From Promethearchaeota archaeon (GTDB lineage: Archaea; Asgardarchaeota; Lokiarchaeia; Sigyniarchaeales; SOKP01), in assembly GCA_018238625.1 (NCBI GenBank), contig JABCSY010000019.1:1-47331 (forward strand): a DNA stretch of 47,331 bases. The letters are read 5' to 3'. Position 1 is the stretch's first letter, and every line of letters begins with the position of its first letter. A program made the position numbers and the translations under genes. The notes beneath the pieces were generated by a model. The model had not been told where the DNA came from. It saw only the letters and a program-made list of their open reading frames with translations, and ran no database searches. Shown piece by piece: positions 1 to 9,429 of this stretch.

Positions 1-1
1 T

Positions 2-472
2 TGGTGGCTTGAAAGAGATATTTATTGGCCTGAGATAGATATAGATTGGTACGAGTGTAGAAAACAAATAAATAGCATCCTATCTCAAGAAAACGAACTA
101 AAAAATGTCACCCAATTAGTTGGTGAAGAAAACTTACCCGAAAATCAACAATTTATCCTTTTCATTTCAAACTTGATTAGAAATGGTTTATTAATTCAAA
201 ATGCCTTTGATTCGATAGATTGTTTCACAGGCGTTAAAAAATTAATAGGGCTCGTAAAACTCATTCTATTACTCTTTAAAGAGGGCAAGGGACTCTTAAA
301 GCAAGATTTCTTAATTGAAGATATCAAAGAACTCGATGTTGTAAATGACATTCTTAGAACTTGCCGTTCTGTTCCTAATAATAATTTTGATCAAATAGAG
401 AAATTAAGAAAGAAAATGCTACACGAAATAGAGTCGTTAAAATTAACATATGGGGTTTTTAGGAAAAAATGA
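2..472 (+). CDS. atpA: A/V-type ATP synthase subunit A, C-terminal part (gene begins before the window)
   Basis: Frame is open from base 2 ([33 protein letters not shown]...[10 protein letters not shown]) and aligns by eye with the C-terminus of the A subunit at 5398-7209. Its stop overlaps the subunit B start (ATGA). Confidence 0.9.
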   Translation, partial: WWLERDIYWPEIDIDWYECRKQINSILSQENELKNVTQLVGEENLPENQQFILFISNLIRNGLLIQNAFDSIDCFTGVKKLIGLVKLILLLFKEGKGLLKQDFLIEDIKELDVVNDILRTCRSVPNNNFDQIEKLRKKMLHEIESLKLTYGVFRKK

Positions 473-1860
473 GCGTAATTTATAGAAAAATAAAACAAAT
501 TGTTGGACCTTTAATATTTGTAGATAATAGGCACGATGTACAATATGGTGAAATCGTTAAAATCCATACTGAGGATGGAAAAGAACGCACAGGCCAAGTC
601 ATAAAAATGGATGAAAAGATAATAACCATTGAAGTATTTGAAGATACAGCTGGAATTTCCTCAGAAAATGCTGTAATTACTTTTACTGAAGAATCGTTTA
701 AGATAAAAATTTCCAGTGATATGTTTGGAAGGGTTTTTAACTCCTTAGGAAAACCTATTGATATTAACACGAAGCAAGTGTTAGATTCTAATTTATTTAC
801 CGAAATTGAACGAGATATAAATGGATTACCAATTAATCCTTTTGCAAGAGAATATCCAACGCAAGTCATCCAAACGGGAATATCGGTAATAGACGGTCTT
901 TTTACATTAATAAGAGGACAAAAACTCCCAATATTTAGCGGTCAAGGATTACCCCATAATTTATTAGCGGCTCAAATTGTTACTCAAGCAAAAGTTTTGA
1001 CGGAAGAGCCTTTCTTAATAATTTTTTGTGGTATTGGAATTATCCAAGATGAAGCGATCTTTTTTATGAATCGTTTTAAAGAAAGTGGAAACATCCAAAA
1101 TATCATTTCATTTATCAATTTTGCCGACGATCCAATAATGGAAAGACTAATAATTCCGCGAGTAGCATTAACTACTGCTGAATATTTTGCATTCGAAAAA
1201 GATATGCATGTTCTCGTTGTTTTAATAGACATGACGAATTATGCTGAAGCTTTAAGAGAACTAAGTGCCGCCAAAGAAGAGATTCCTAGCAGAAAGGGGT
1301 ATCCGGGTTATTTATACACTGATTTCGCATCGATCTACGAAAGAACTGGTAAAATTAAAGGTAAAAAAGGGACAATAACTCAATTACCAATTTTGACGAT
1401 GCCTAACGACGATATTTCTCATCCAATTCCGGATACAACAGGGTATATAACTGAAGGGCAGTTAGTTCTTAATCGTAACTTAGAAAAGAAGGGAATATAT
1501 CCCCCTTTTGAAGTCTTAGCGTCTATATCACGCCTTATGAAAGATTCAATCGGTAAAGATACTACTAGGGAAGACCATGCCGACGTTAACTCTCAGCTAT
1601 TAGCGTCGTATTCAGCTGCCCTTGAAGTTAGAGATCTTATATCGATTGTAGGAGAGGATGGATTAAACTTAAATCAAAAAGCGCTATTAAGATTTGGTAA
1701 CTTTTTCGAACAAAAATTTTTAAATCAAGGGCACACAGAAGAAAGGGATTTTTCAACGACTCTCAATATTGCATGGCAAGCTTTATCTAATTTGCCCAAA
1801 AATCAATTATTTAGAATACGGGAAGATTTTGTTGATAAGTATTACATTGAAGAGGTGTAA
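469..1860 (+). CDS. atpB: A/V-type ATP synthase subunit B
   Basis: 463 aa with [55 protein letters not shown] and the arginine-finger region SISRLM. Confidence 0.95.
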   Translation: MSVIYRKIKQIVGPLIFVDNRHDVQYGEIVKIHTEDGKERTGQVIKMDEKIITIEVFEDTAGISSENAVITFTEESFKIKISSDMFGRVFNSLGKPIDINTKQVLDSNLFTEIERDINGLPINPFAREYPTQVIQTGISVIDGLFTLIRGQKLPIFSGQGLPHNLLAAQIVTQAKVLTEEPFLIIFCGIGIIQDEAIFFMNRFKESGNIQNIISFINFADDPIMERLIIPRVALTTAEYFAFEKDMHVLVVLIDMTNYAEALRELSAAKEEIPSRKGYPGYLYTDFASIYERTGKIKGKKGTITQLPILTMPNDDISHPIPDTTGYITEGQLVLNRNLEKKGIYPPFEVLASISRLMKDSIGKDTTREDHADVNSQLLASYSAALEVRDLISIVGEDGLNLNQKALLRFGNFFEQKFLNQGHTEERDFSTTLNIAWQALSNLPKNQLFRIREDFVDKYYIEEV

Positions 1861-1866
1861 GTATCA

Positions 1867-2505
1867 ATTAGTTTTAGAGAATTTAAACCCACAAAAACAA
1901 ATTTAATGAGTCTACAGAAAAAGTTAACTTTTGCTGTTAAAGGCGAAAATTTTCTAAAATTTAAATTAGAACAAATTATATTTGAAATCAAAAAAAATTG
2001 GGACAATTATTTAGAACAACGTGAAATCTTTTTAAAATTATATAAAGAAACCATGATTAAGCTTAATCAAACATATAAAGAAATGGGTAAACGAGAATTT
2101 AATCTGATTAGTAAATTAAGTAAAATCCAATATAACCCAAAGATTGCTGTAAACTATACAAAAAAGATTGGAACATTAGTGCCAACAATAGATTACGAAC
2201 TGATACGGGAAGAATTACTTCCAGCTTACTCTTTTGAAAATACATCTCATTATCTTGATGATTTGATTATTCTTTTAATAAAATTTTTTAAAAGTCTTAT
2301 AATTGTTGCACAGACTGAAGATATATTGTTGAAACTCTCTCTAACTTTTAAAAAAATAAATCGTAGGATAAATGGTCTGAAGAACGTAATCATTCCTGAA
2401 CTACAAATAGACATCAAAAAAATTAAGGCTGTACTTGAAGAAATAGAAAGAGAGAATTATATTCGGCTAAAAAATACAAAGAATCTAATTACAAAAAATG
2501 CTTAA
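1867..2505 (+). CDS. atpD: A/V-type ATP synthase subunit D (central stalk)
   Basis: C-terminal KINRRINGLKNVIIP...LEEIERENYIRLK is typical of subunit D. The conserved N-terminal KPTKxNL lies upstream of the ATG at 1906, so the start is placed tentatively at ATT 1867. Confidence 0.85.
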   Translation: MSFREFKPTKTNLMSLQKKLTFAVKGENFLKFKLEQIIFEIKKNWDNYLEQREIFLKLYKETMIKLNQTYKEMGKREFNLISKLSKIQYNPKIAVNYTKKIGTLVPTIDYELIREELLPAYSFENTSHYLDDLIILLIKFFKSLIIVAQTEDILLKLSLTFKKINRRINGLKNVIIPELQIDIKKIKAVLEEIERENYIRLKNTKNLITKNA

Positions 2506-2522
2506 TTGAGGAATAAAAAAAA

Positions 2523-4811
2523 ATGACAAAGAAAAGCTCCATGGAATTATTTAAGGTAAATATTAACCAAAATTACAAGGATCTTCTATTACAACACATA
2601 TCTCAGCTTAATCTAGTTCACATTAAAACGAAACCTGAAATAAGTGACATAATTGAAAAAGATAAAGTTTTGTTTGATAGAATTAAGAAATTAAGCCAAA
2701 ATTTAGAAACTTTATTCAAAAACCTTAATATTACTGAAGCAGACTTCCAAAAATTAATATTTGAAAAAGAAGAAAGAAAACAATTTGAAGTTAAAGATGT
2801 AGACGATTTGTTAAATCAAATATTGAGCGAAATTAATTTTTATTCAAACAGAGTTAATGAGTTAAAAAAATATATGATCACTATCAAAGTGGAATTGGAT
2901 AAAATAAATTTGATCCATGTAAGTTACATATTTTTGGAAAAGTATAAGCTAACGCGAGATAAATTATCGAAGTTTAATCGTTTAGAATTTAAAGCCTTTA
3001 CAACCTTCTCAAAGAACCTCGAAAATATAGAAAATCTCTTTGAATTTTCTCATTTTCCAAATTTTTTTCAGTATGATTTTTTAAGCGATGAAAGAATTGC
3101 CTTTTTCGTAATATATCCAAAGGAACAAGAAGAGGCATTTAGAGAGAGAATACGCATCATTCATGCAGAAGAAGTACCGATTCTGAAAAAATATTTGCTC
3201 TCAAACGGGATAAACTTTCCCCGTATAGCAGATGAAATTAAGTTTATTGTGACTTCTTTAAATAAATATCAAAAGGAATTAGAACGATTAAGAGATGATA
3301 ATACACTACTATTTGCTGCTACGAATGAGATTATGCAAAATATAGAAGAATATAATTGGGCTTCACATCAATTCGAAGAATTATCTTTAAATCGACTAAG
3401 TTTGTGTTTTTTTGTACCACAAGAAAAAAAACAAGAAATACAAGAGGGGTTGATTGAAAAGTTCCAAGATCAAATAACGATTGAATCAATCGCTATTACA
3501 AAAAATAAATCTGTTAGCCTAGAAGACGGTATAGGTCATGTGCACTCAGGAAAGACGCTAGACTCCAAAAGGAAAGTCTCTTCATTAAAGGAAGAACCGA
3601 CGGAAAATAATAAAGAAAATAAAAAGGATTTAAGAAATACAGCTCCAACAATTATGAAGAATAATTTATTTGTGAGACCTTTTGAAACTATTACTAATTT
3701 ATACGGCGTTCCTGCCTATTCAGAAATAGATCCCACTCCCTTTTTGGCAATAACTTTTCCACTTTTGTTTGGGTTGATGTTTGGTGATATAGGACATGGC
3801 ATCATATTAATTATCTCAGGTTTGATTGGAGCAATTGTCTATAGGAACAAAAAAAGTAGAGATTTCTTAAATTTTTGCTGGATAATTCTGTATTGTGGAA
3901 TCGGTTCTATACTAGCTGGGGTTTTATATGGCGAATTTTTTGGGATGCATAACATTGAATTATTTGGAACGGTTTTTTTACACCTAGAACCTGTGACAAT
4001 TCCATATTTAAATATCACTTTATATAATCCATTAGATAATATAATGGTCGTTTTTAAGTTCGCTGTATTAATTGGAGTGATACATATTAATTTGGGCTGG
4101 TTTATACAGTTTATGAATTATTGGAAGCAACATAGAAAGTTTTTAGGTTTTACAGACTCTTTAGTTAAAATATGGTTATTAACTGGAGGAACTATTTTAA
4201 TTTTTACTTTTAGTTTTGATGTCTATGTATGGATGGCACCTCCTTACCCTATTTTGTTGCCATTGCTCCCAGGTATATTATTAATACTGTTAAAACCTTT
4301 TGGAAAACTTTTCCGCGTTTCTTATTTGAAAGAAGAGTCAATTGGAGGTCTTATTGGGGAAGGTACAATGGAGTCATTTGAAACGTTATTATCGATAATG
4401 AGCAATGTAGCATCTTATATAAGGCTACTAGCTTTAGCTTTAGCACATATCTCTTTAATGGTCGCAATTCAAGCAATGATGGATTTAATTCAAGGTGGGG
4501 GGGTTATTAACGAGATAATTAGTATAATAGGATTGGTTTTTGGTAATATAATTGTTATTTTGTTAGAAGGATTACTTGTTTTTATAAATGCTATAAGGCT
4601 CCATTTTTACGAATTTTTCTTCAAATTCTATCAAGGATCTGGGGTTACATATATTCCTTTTTATTTAGACGATACATATTCAGTTGTTTCCTTTAAATTA
4701 AGCACCTTAAAAGATGTTATTTCCGAAGAAATAGATAGAGAGATTGAATCTAAGAAAACTCATGAGGATATAATTAAAGCAGAACGATATATTTCTAAAA
4801 AATATTTGTAA
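2523..4811 (+). CDS. atpI: A/V-type ATP synthase subunit I (a)
   Basis: YGVPAYSEIDPT, FGLMFGDIGHG, SYIRLLALALAH (essential Arg) and RLHFYEFF motifs. Soluble N-terminal half and multi-TM C-terminal half. Confidence 0.93.
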   Translation: MTKKSSMELFKVNINQNYKDLLLQHISQLNLVHIKTKPEISDIIEKDKVLFDRIKKLSQNLETLFKNLNITEADFQKLIFEKEERKQFEVKDVDDLLNQILSEINFYSNRVNELKKYMITIKVELDKINLIHVSYIFLEKYKLTRDKLSKFNRLEFKAFTTFSKNLENIENLFEFSHFPNFFQYDFLSDERIAFFVIYPKEQEEAFRERIRIIHAEEVPILKKYLLSNGINFPRIADEIKFIVTSLNKYQKELERLRDDNTLLFAATNEIMQNIEEYNWASHQFEELSLNRLSLCFFVPQEKKQEIQEGLIEKFQDQITIESIAITKNKSVSLEDGIGHVHSGKTLDSKRKVSSLKEEPTENNKENKKDLRNTAPTIMKNNLFVRPFETITNLYGVPAYSEIDPTPFLAITFPLLFGLMFGDIGHGIILIISGLIGAIVYRNKKSRDFLNFCWIILYCGIGSILAGVLYGEFFGMHNIELFGTVFLHLEPVTIPYLNITLYNPLDNIMVVFKFAVLIGVIHINLGWFIQFMNYWKQHRKFLGFTDSLVKIWLLTGGTILIFTFSFDVYVWMAPPYPILLPLLPGILLILLKPFGKLFRVSYLKEESIGGLIGEGTMESFETLLSIMSNVASYIRLLALALAHISLMVAIQAMMDLIQGGGVINEIISIIGLVFGNIIVILLEGLLVFINAIRLHFYEFFFKFYQGSGVTYIPFYLDDTYSVVSFKLSTLKDVISEEIDREIESKKTHEDIIKAERYISKKYL

Positions 4812-4830
4812 AGTAGATTTATTATAAAAT

Positions 4831-5355
4831 ATGAAAACTGAAAACACGAAAGAAAGCTCATCTAAGAAAAATCTTTCTTTTAAAATGTTACTACTAATTA
4901 TTTATCTAATTGTTTTAATCTTTTTATATATTATATTGATGGAGATTGGAACAAACCCACTTCTCATTATTTTAATATTAGGATTCGTGCTGTTGCTATT
5001 TGTAGGATCCCTTTTTATTAAAAAAAAGCAAAGCCCAATTTATTCAAAAATGTTTCCTGATAAAAAAAGAAGAAGTCAAGATTTTCATCGAAAATTAGAA
5101 TTAAAGATAGAAACGGAACCAGAGAAACCAGCTCAAAAACAATTTAAAGAAGTGAATCTTAACTTTAAGTATCGCAAGTCCCTTATCAATAAATGCGAGA
5201 ATTGCGGGATGCTCATAACCGGATATAGGAAAAATTGCCCTACATGCGGTCAAGCAATTCAACTGAAAGAAATCGTTAAGAAATGTAAAAATTGTGGGAT
5301 GCTAATTACAAAGTCTGTAAAAATTTGTCCAATTTGTAGAAAACGAACAACATAA
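4831..5355 (+). CDS. Membrane-anchored protein with two tandem zinc ribbons
   Basis: Two N-terminal hydrophobic helices. C-terminal CENC..CPTC and CKNC..CPIC. Confidence 0.8.
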   Translation: MKTENTKESSSKKNLSFKMLLLIIYLIVLIFLYIILMEIGTNPLLIILILGFVLLLFVGSLFIKKKQSPIYSKMFPDKKRRSQDFHRKLELKIETEPEKPAQKQFKEVNLNFKYRKSLINKCENCGMLITGYRKNCPTCGQAIQLKEIVKKCKNCGMLITKSVKICPICRKRTT

Positions 5356-5397
5356 TAAAAAACATAATGTTTACTTGCATGGTAGGAATAGTAAAAA

Positions 5398-7209
5398 ATG
5401 GTCACAGAAACAAATAATTCTAATTTGGGTTTTATTTCTGCTGTTAATGGATCCATAGTAGAGGTTAAAGGATTAGAAAATCAGGTTCGGCTTCATGATT
5501 TAATTAAGATTTGTAACTATAATATTATTTGTCAGGTAATTCAAATCTATTCAGATCGTGTAATAGCCCAATCTTTTGAAACTACTAATAGTATAAAATT
5601 AAACGATAAAGTAATTAATCTTAACGAACCTCTATCCATGGAGTTAGCACCAGGATTGTTAGCAAATGTTTTTGATGGAATTCAGAGACCTTTAGACCTT
5701 ACTTTCAGCCACTTTAAAGAAGGAAAATTAGGAAGAGGCCTTGAATTTCCCTCTTTGTCAAGGACAAAAAAATGGCATTTTATTCCATCGAGAAAAATAA
5801 ACGATTCTTTAAGTAGTGGAGATGAAATTGGGACCGTTCAAGAAACTCTCTTTTTTAAACATAAAATAATGGTTCCTCCTGAAAATTCTGGTGTTTTATC
5901 GTTTATTGTTGACGAAGGTGATTATACAATTATCGATGAGATATATACCTTGAGAAAGGATAACGTAGATAAATCTTATTGTATGCTACAAAAATGGCCA
6001 GTTACTGTGAGCAAACCTTATAGCTCAAAAGATCAACCTAGCGAACCTTTACTAACTGGCTTGCGTATTGTAGATTTATTGTTTCCCATAGCCAAAGGTG
6101 GTACTTTTGCTGTTCCAGGAGGGTTTGGAACTGGTAAAACAATTATTTCGCAACATATTGCTAAATTTTGTAACGCAGAAATTTGCGTTTTTATAGGCTG
6201 TGGAGAGCCTGGCAATGAAATAGCAAATTTTCTAAAACAATTTACAGAAACTGTTGATCCCAAAACGGGAAGACCATTATTAGAGCATATCGTTCTTATT
6301 GCCAATACTTCAAATATGCCCGTGTCTGCTCGCGAAGCAAGCCTTTTTTCAGGTATTACAATCGCAGAATATTATAGAGATATGGGATATGATGTTGCCG
6401 TTGTAGCAGATAGCATTTCAAGATGGGCAGAGTCCTTAAGAGAAATCTCAGGTCTATTAGAGGAAATGCCTGCTGAAGAGGGTTATCCCGCGTATTTGCC
6501 TTCGAAACTATCAAGTTTTTTTGAACGAGCCGGTGTCATTACAACTTTAGGAAAAAAAAAAGGATCCATTACAATCATAGGATCGTTATCTCCACCAGCG
6601 GGAGATTTTAGCGAACCAGTTACCGCAGCAACTAAACGTGTTGTTCAAGGGATCTGGGCTTTAGACCCAAAATTAGCATATCTAAAACATTATCCCGCAA
6701 TTAGTTGGATCAGTTCATACTCCAATTATCCTGAGTATGTAGCAGAATGGTGGAGCGAGAGAGATATTGTTTGGCCTGAGATAAATTTGAACTGGTTTGA
6801 GTGTAGAAAACAAGTAAATGACATTTTAGCTAAAGAAAACGAGTTGAAATACCTTACACAGCTACTAGGGCTAAGAAATCTGGCTGAAGATCAAAGGTTA
6901 GAAATCTTTACGGCAAATTTAATAAGAAATGCATTTTTAGTTCAAAATGCTTTCAACGAAGTTGATAGTTATACAAGTAGTAAAAAATTGCTAGGGCTAG
7001 TAAAGGTAATACTTTTATTATATAATAAAACTAAATCCCTTGTAAAACGAGGTTTTCTAATTGATGAGAAGAAGTGCGATAAAGTTCTCAATGAGGTTAT
7101 GAAAATCTGCCATTACATTCCTAATGAAAATTTTAAACCAATTGAAGAGTTAAGGGATAAAATTAATAATGGATCTGTAGGTTTAGTTTTCAAAGTTCAT
7201 CGAAGATAG
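5398..7209 (+). CDS. atpA: A/V-type ATP synthase subunit A, second paralog
   Basis: 603 aa with ELAPGLL..FDGIQRPL, Walker A GGFGTGKT, NTSNMPVSAREAS, DSISRWAESLREIS and MPAEEGYPAYL. GEPGNE replaces canonical GERGNE. Confidence 0.93.
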   Translation: MVTETNNSNLGFISAVNGSIVEVKGLENQVRLHDLIKICNYNIICQVIQIYSDRVIAQSFETTNSIKLNDKVINLNEPLSMELAPGLLANVFDGIQRPLDLTFSHFKEGKLGRGLEFPSLSRTKKWHFIPSRKINDSLSSGDEIGTVQETLFFKHKIMVPPENSGVLSFIVDEGDYTIIDEIYTLRKDNVDKSYCMLQKWPVTVSKPYSSKDQPSEPLLTGLRIVDLLFPIAKGGTFAVPGGFGTGKTIISQHIAKFCNAEICVFIGCGEPGNEIANFLKQFTETVDPKTGRPLLEHIVLIANTSNMPVSAREASLFSGITIAEYYRDMGYDVAVVADSISRWAESLREISGLLEEMPAEEGYPAYLPSKLSSFFERAGVITTLGKKKGSITIIGSLSPPAGDFSEPVTAATKRVVQGIWALDPKLAYLKHYPAISWISSYSNYPEYVAEWWSERDIVWPEINLNWFECRKQVNDILAKENELKYLTQLLGLRNLAEDQRLEIFTANLIRNAFLVQNAFNEVDSYTSSKKLLGLVKVILLLYNKTKSLVKRGFLIDEKKCDKVLNEVMKICHYIPNENFKPIEELRDKINNGSVGLVFKVHRR

Positions 7210-7245
7210 TAAACTTATCGTCAATTTTAAGGGTTTATCTATATC

Positions 7246-7848
7246 TCAGGGTTTGAACCATTCAAAGAAGTAATAACTCATTGTTAATGGATTGGCGATC
7301 ACAAACTTCTTCCTTACAGAGGTCGCCAACCTTCCAGCTCGAACCATATCAATCGCAGTTATCTTTGCATCATGAGGTAACACATGAGCAATAAATGCTG
7401 AATGCTCTAACCCCGGTCCTTTTTTATACACCACAAAATCAGCGCCAAATTTTAACCCTGGACGAGGAATATATCCCTTTTTCCTTAAATCTTGGTAAAT
7501 AATATATTTTTCTTCAAATTTATGATGTATTTTTTTTCCTATTTCGTGAAATTCTTTGGGAGAAAGGTACTTATCGCTCTTAGCGTCAAAGATAGTAATC
7601 TTTTCTTTTTCCAACAAGTAAAGTGCTTCAATAAGTGATAATTCCGATGGTTTAGAAAAATATTCTAAACGGGGTTTGCTTATCCCGAGAGGAGCCCCAA
7701 AAAACTTTTGTTTAACGTACAAATAGCTTGCATGCAATGGGTTAAACACAATTACGCGATTATTAATAAATTTAGCTGGAACCTTTTCTGGGATGTCGTC
7801 GTCGTTTATATCCTCCAGCGAAATGGGAATCTCTTTTTCTTTACTCAT
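7246..7848 (-). CDS. endA: tRNA-intron splicing endonuclease
   Basis: LSLIEALYL, YQDLRKKGY..RPGLKFGADFVVY, catalytic His (LEHS) and GRLATSVRKK. Confidence 0.93.
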   Translation of the reverse strand: MSKEKEIPISLEDINDDDIPEKVPAKFINNRVIVFNPLHASYLYVKQKFFGAPLGISKPRLEYFSKPSELSLIEALYLLEKEKITIFDAKSDKYLSPKEFHEIGKKIHHKFEEKYIIYQDLRKKGYIPRPGLKFGADFVVYKKGPGLEHSAFIAHVLPHDAKITAIDMVRAGRLATSVRKKFVIANPLTMSYYFFEWFKP

Positions 7849-7920
7849 CTAATTAGATGTATAACGGATAATTTAATAACTCTTCCAATTTAACGAACAA
7901 TAGATAAAATTCTGATAAAC

Positions 7921-7950
7921 TCATTACTAATGAAAGTCCTAAAAATTTAA
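7921..7950 (+). promoter_or_regulatory. Palindrome TCATTA-C-TAATGA followed by an AT-rich TATA-like element, copy 1
   Basis: TCATTACTAATGAAA at 7921-7935, then AAAAATTTA, 70 bp upstream of the 7991 ORF. An identical 15-mer occurs at 8430. Confidence 0.5.
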
Positions 7951-7990
7951 GTTAGTAAGATTCAAATATTATTTACGTATAATCGCTAAT

Positions 7991-8311
7991 ATGACATTCA
8001 AAGTTTTATTCATTGCACATGCACCTGATGCAGATTATAAAAAACATAGAAGTGTAATTGATACTGGAATGTATAAATTGTATTCTATAGTTGTAAGAAC
8101 CCAAGAAGAGGCAGTACAAATATCCAAAGATTATCTGCAAAATGAATCAATAGAAGCTATATTATTGTGTCCTGGATTCAAACATAGTGATGTAGCTGAA
8201 ATCTTTGAAGCTTTAGAAGGTAAAGTAAGTGTAAATGTAGCAAGAGGAGATGGTCCAAGTAGCAAGATTTCTGCGGAAGCTAGGAAAAAAGCAGGATATT
8301 TTCGTTCATAA
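7991..8311 (+). CDS. DUF6506-like small conserved protein
   Basis: 106 aa. IEAILLCPGF and VNVARGDGPS recalled as typical of this family. Confidence 0.65.
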   Translation: MTFKVLFIAHAPDADYKKHRSVIDTGMYKLYSIVVRTQEEAVQISKDYLQNESIEAILLCPGFKHSDVAEIFEALEGKVSVNVARGDGPSSKISAEARKKAGYFRS

Positions 8312-8428
8312 TTCTCTTAGTTCTATAGGATGATTCTTCTAAAAATATCCTTCCCTGCGCGCTATATCGAGCTCTTCCAGTTATAGATGTAAAAGCCTTA
8401 GATAATAGACTATAGAATAAAGGATAAC

Positions 8429-8459
8429 TTCATTACTAATGAAAATTTTAAAAATTTAG
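8429..8459 (+). promoter_or_regulatory. Palindrome TTCATTA-C-TAATGAA followed by an AT-rich TATA-like element, copy 2
   Basis: Same 15-mer as at 7921 (8430-8444), then AAAAATTTA, 60 bp upstream of the 8490 ORF. Confidence 0.5.
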
Positions 8460-8489
8460 GATAATTTAATCATTCACTCAAAATTAAAT

Positions 8490-9398
8490 TTGGTATTTAG
8501 AGAATCTTCTGCCGCGGGAATTTATTATCCACGATCCAAATCGGATTTAATTAAAATGTTGGACGAATCCTTTTTAGATAAAGAATTTGGACCAGGTGAA
8601 AAATTCGACTCTTTAAACCAAAAAACAAGAACAGTTTTTGGTGGAATATCTCCACACGGGGGTTACGCTTATTCTGGTAGCTGTGCATCGCATACATATT
8701 TACATCTGTTTAAGGAAAAAATTCCAGATACGGTTGTAATATTAGCCACTGAAGATTTAGGATATAACAACATTGCTTTACTAGAAGTAGGCGAATGGGA
8801 AACTCCATTAGGTAACCTAGAGATTGATGGCGATTTGACTCAAAAATTGCTAAAAACGAGTAGCATGATTAAAGGAGACGATTCTGCTTTTGTTGGATTT
8901 CCTTTTGGAAGAGAATATTATATTGATGTACAATTGCCGTTTATTAAATATTGTGCTTTAAAGAAAGAGATAAAAATCTTGCCAATTATTATTTCTATAA
9001 TGGATTATGATAAATTAGATAAATTATCCAGAGATATAGCGAGAGCAGTTCAATCCTTAAACAAAGATATAGTATTTATAGGTTCTACAGATATGAGCCA
9101 TATTATTTGCAAAGATGAATTTACTGCTGAATTAAAAGTACAAGAAATGCTCTTAGCAGATAAAGCTGTAATCAAATCGTTTACAGAATTTAATCCAAAG
9201 AAAACTTTTTTTGACGCGTCAAGGTCTTCTATAAAAGGACCACAAATTCTTACTACATTAATGCTAATATGTAAAAGGATGGGTGCAAACGAATGTAAAA
9301 CGTTAACTTATTACACCAGTTATGACAAAGGTGGAGGATCTGGGCCATGTAAATATAATGCAGGATATTTTTCGGGGATTATTGTAAAAGATATTTAA
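8490..9398 (+). CDS. MEMO1 / AmmeMemoRadiSam protein B family, degenerate paralog
   Basis: AGIYYP, SPHGGYAYSG, WETPLG, VQLPF and STDMSH are present, but several His/Cys positions are substituted relative to the next gene. Confidence 0.85.
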   Translation: MVFRESSAAGIYYPRSKSDLIKMLDESFLDKEFGPGEKFDSLNQKTRTVFGGISPHGGYAYSGSCASHTYLHLFKEKIPDTVVILATEDLGYNNIALLEVGEWETPLGNLEIDGDLTQKLLKTSSMIKGDDSAFVGFPFGREYYIDVQLPFIKYCALKKEIKILPIIISIMDYDKLDKLSRDIARAVQSLNKDIVFIGSTDMSHIICKDEFTAELKVQEMLLADKAVIKSFTEFNPKKTFFDASRSSIKGPQILTTLMLICKRMGANECKTLTYYTSYDKGGGSGPCKYNAGYFSGIIVKDI

Positions 9399-9429
9399 TA
9401 GAAAAAGAACAATAATTATTTAGAAGAAG

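Noticed and set aside
173-472. 99-aa ORF as an independent small gene
   Set aside because: The frame is open back to base 2 and is the C-terminus of an ATPase A subunit.
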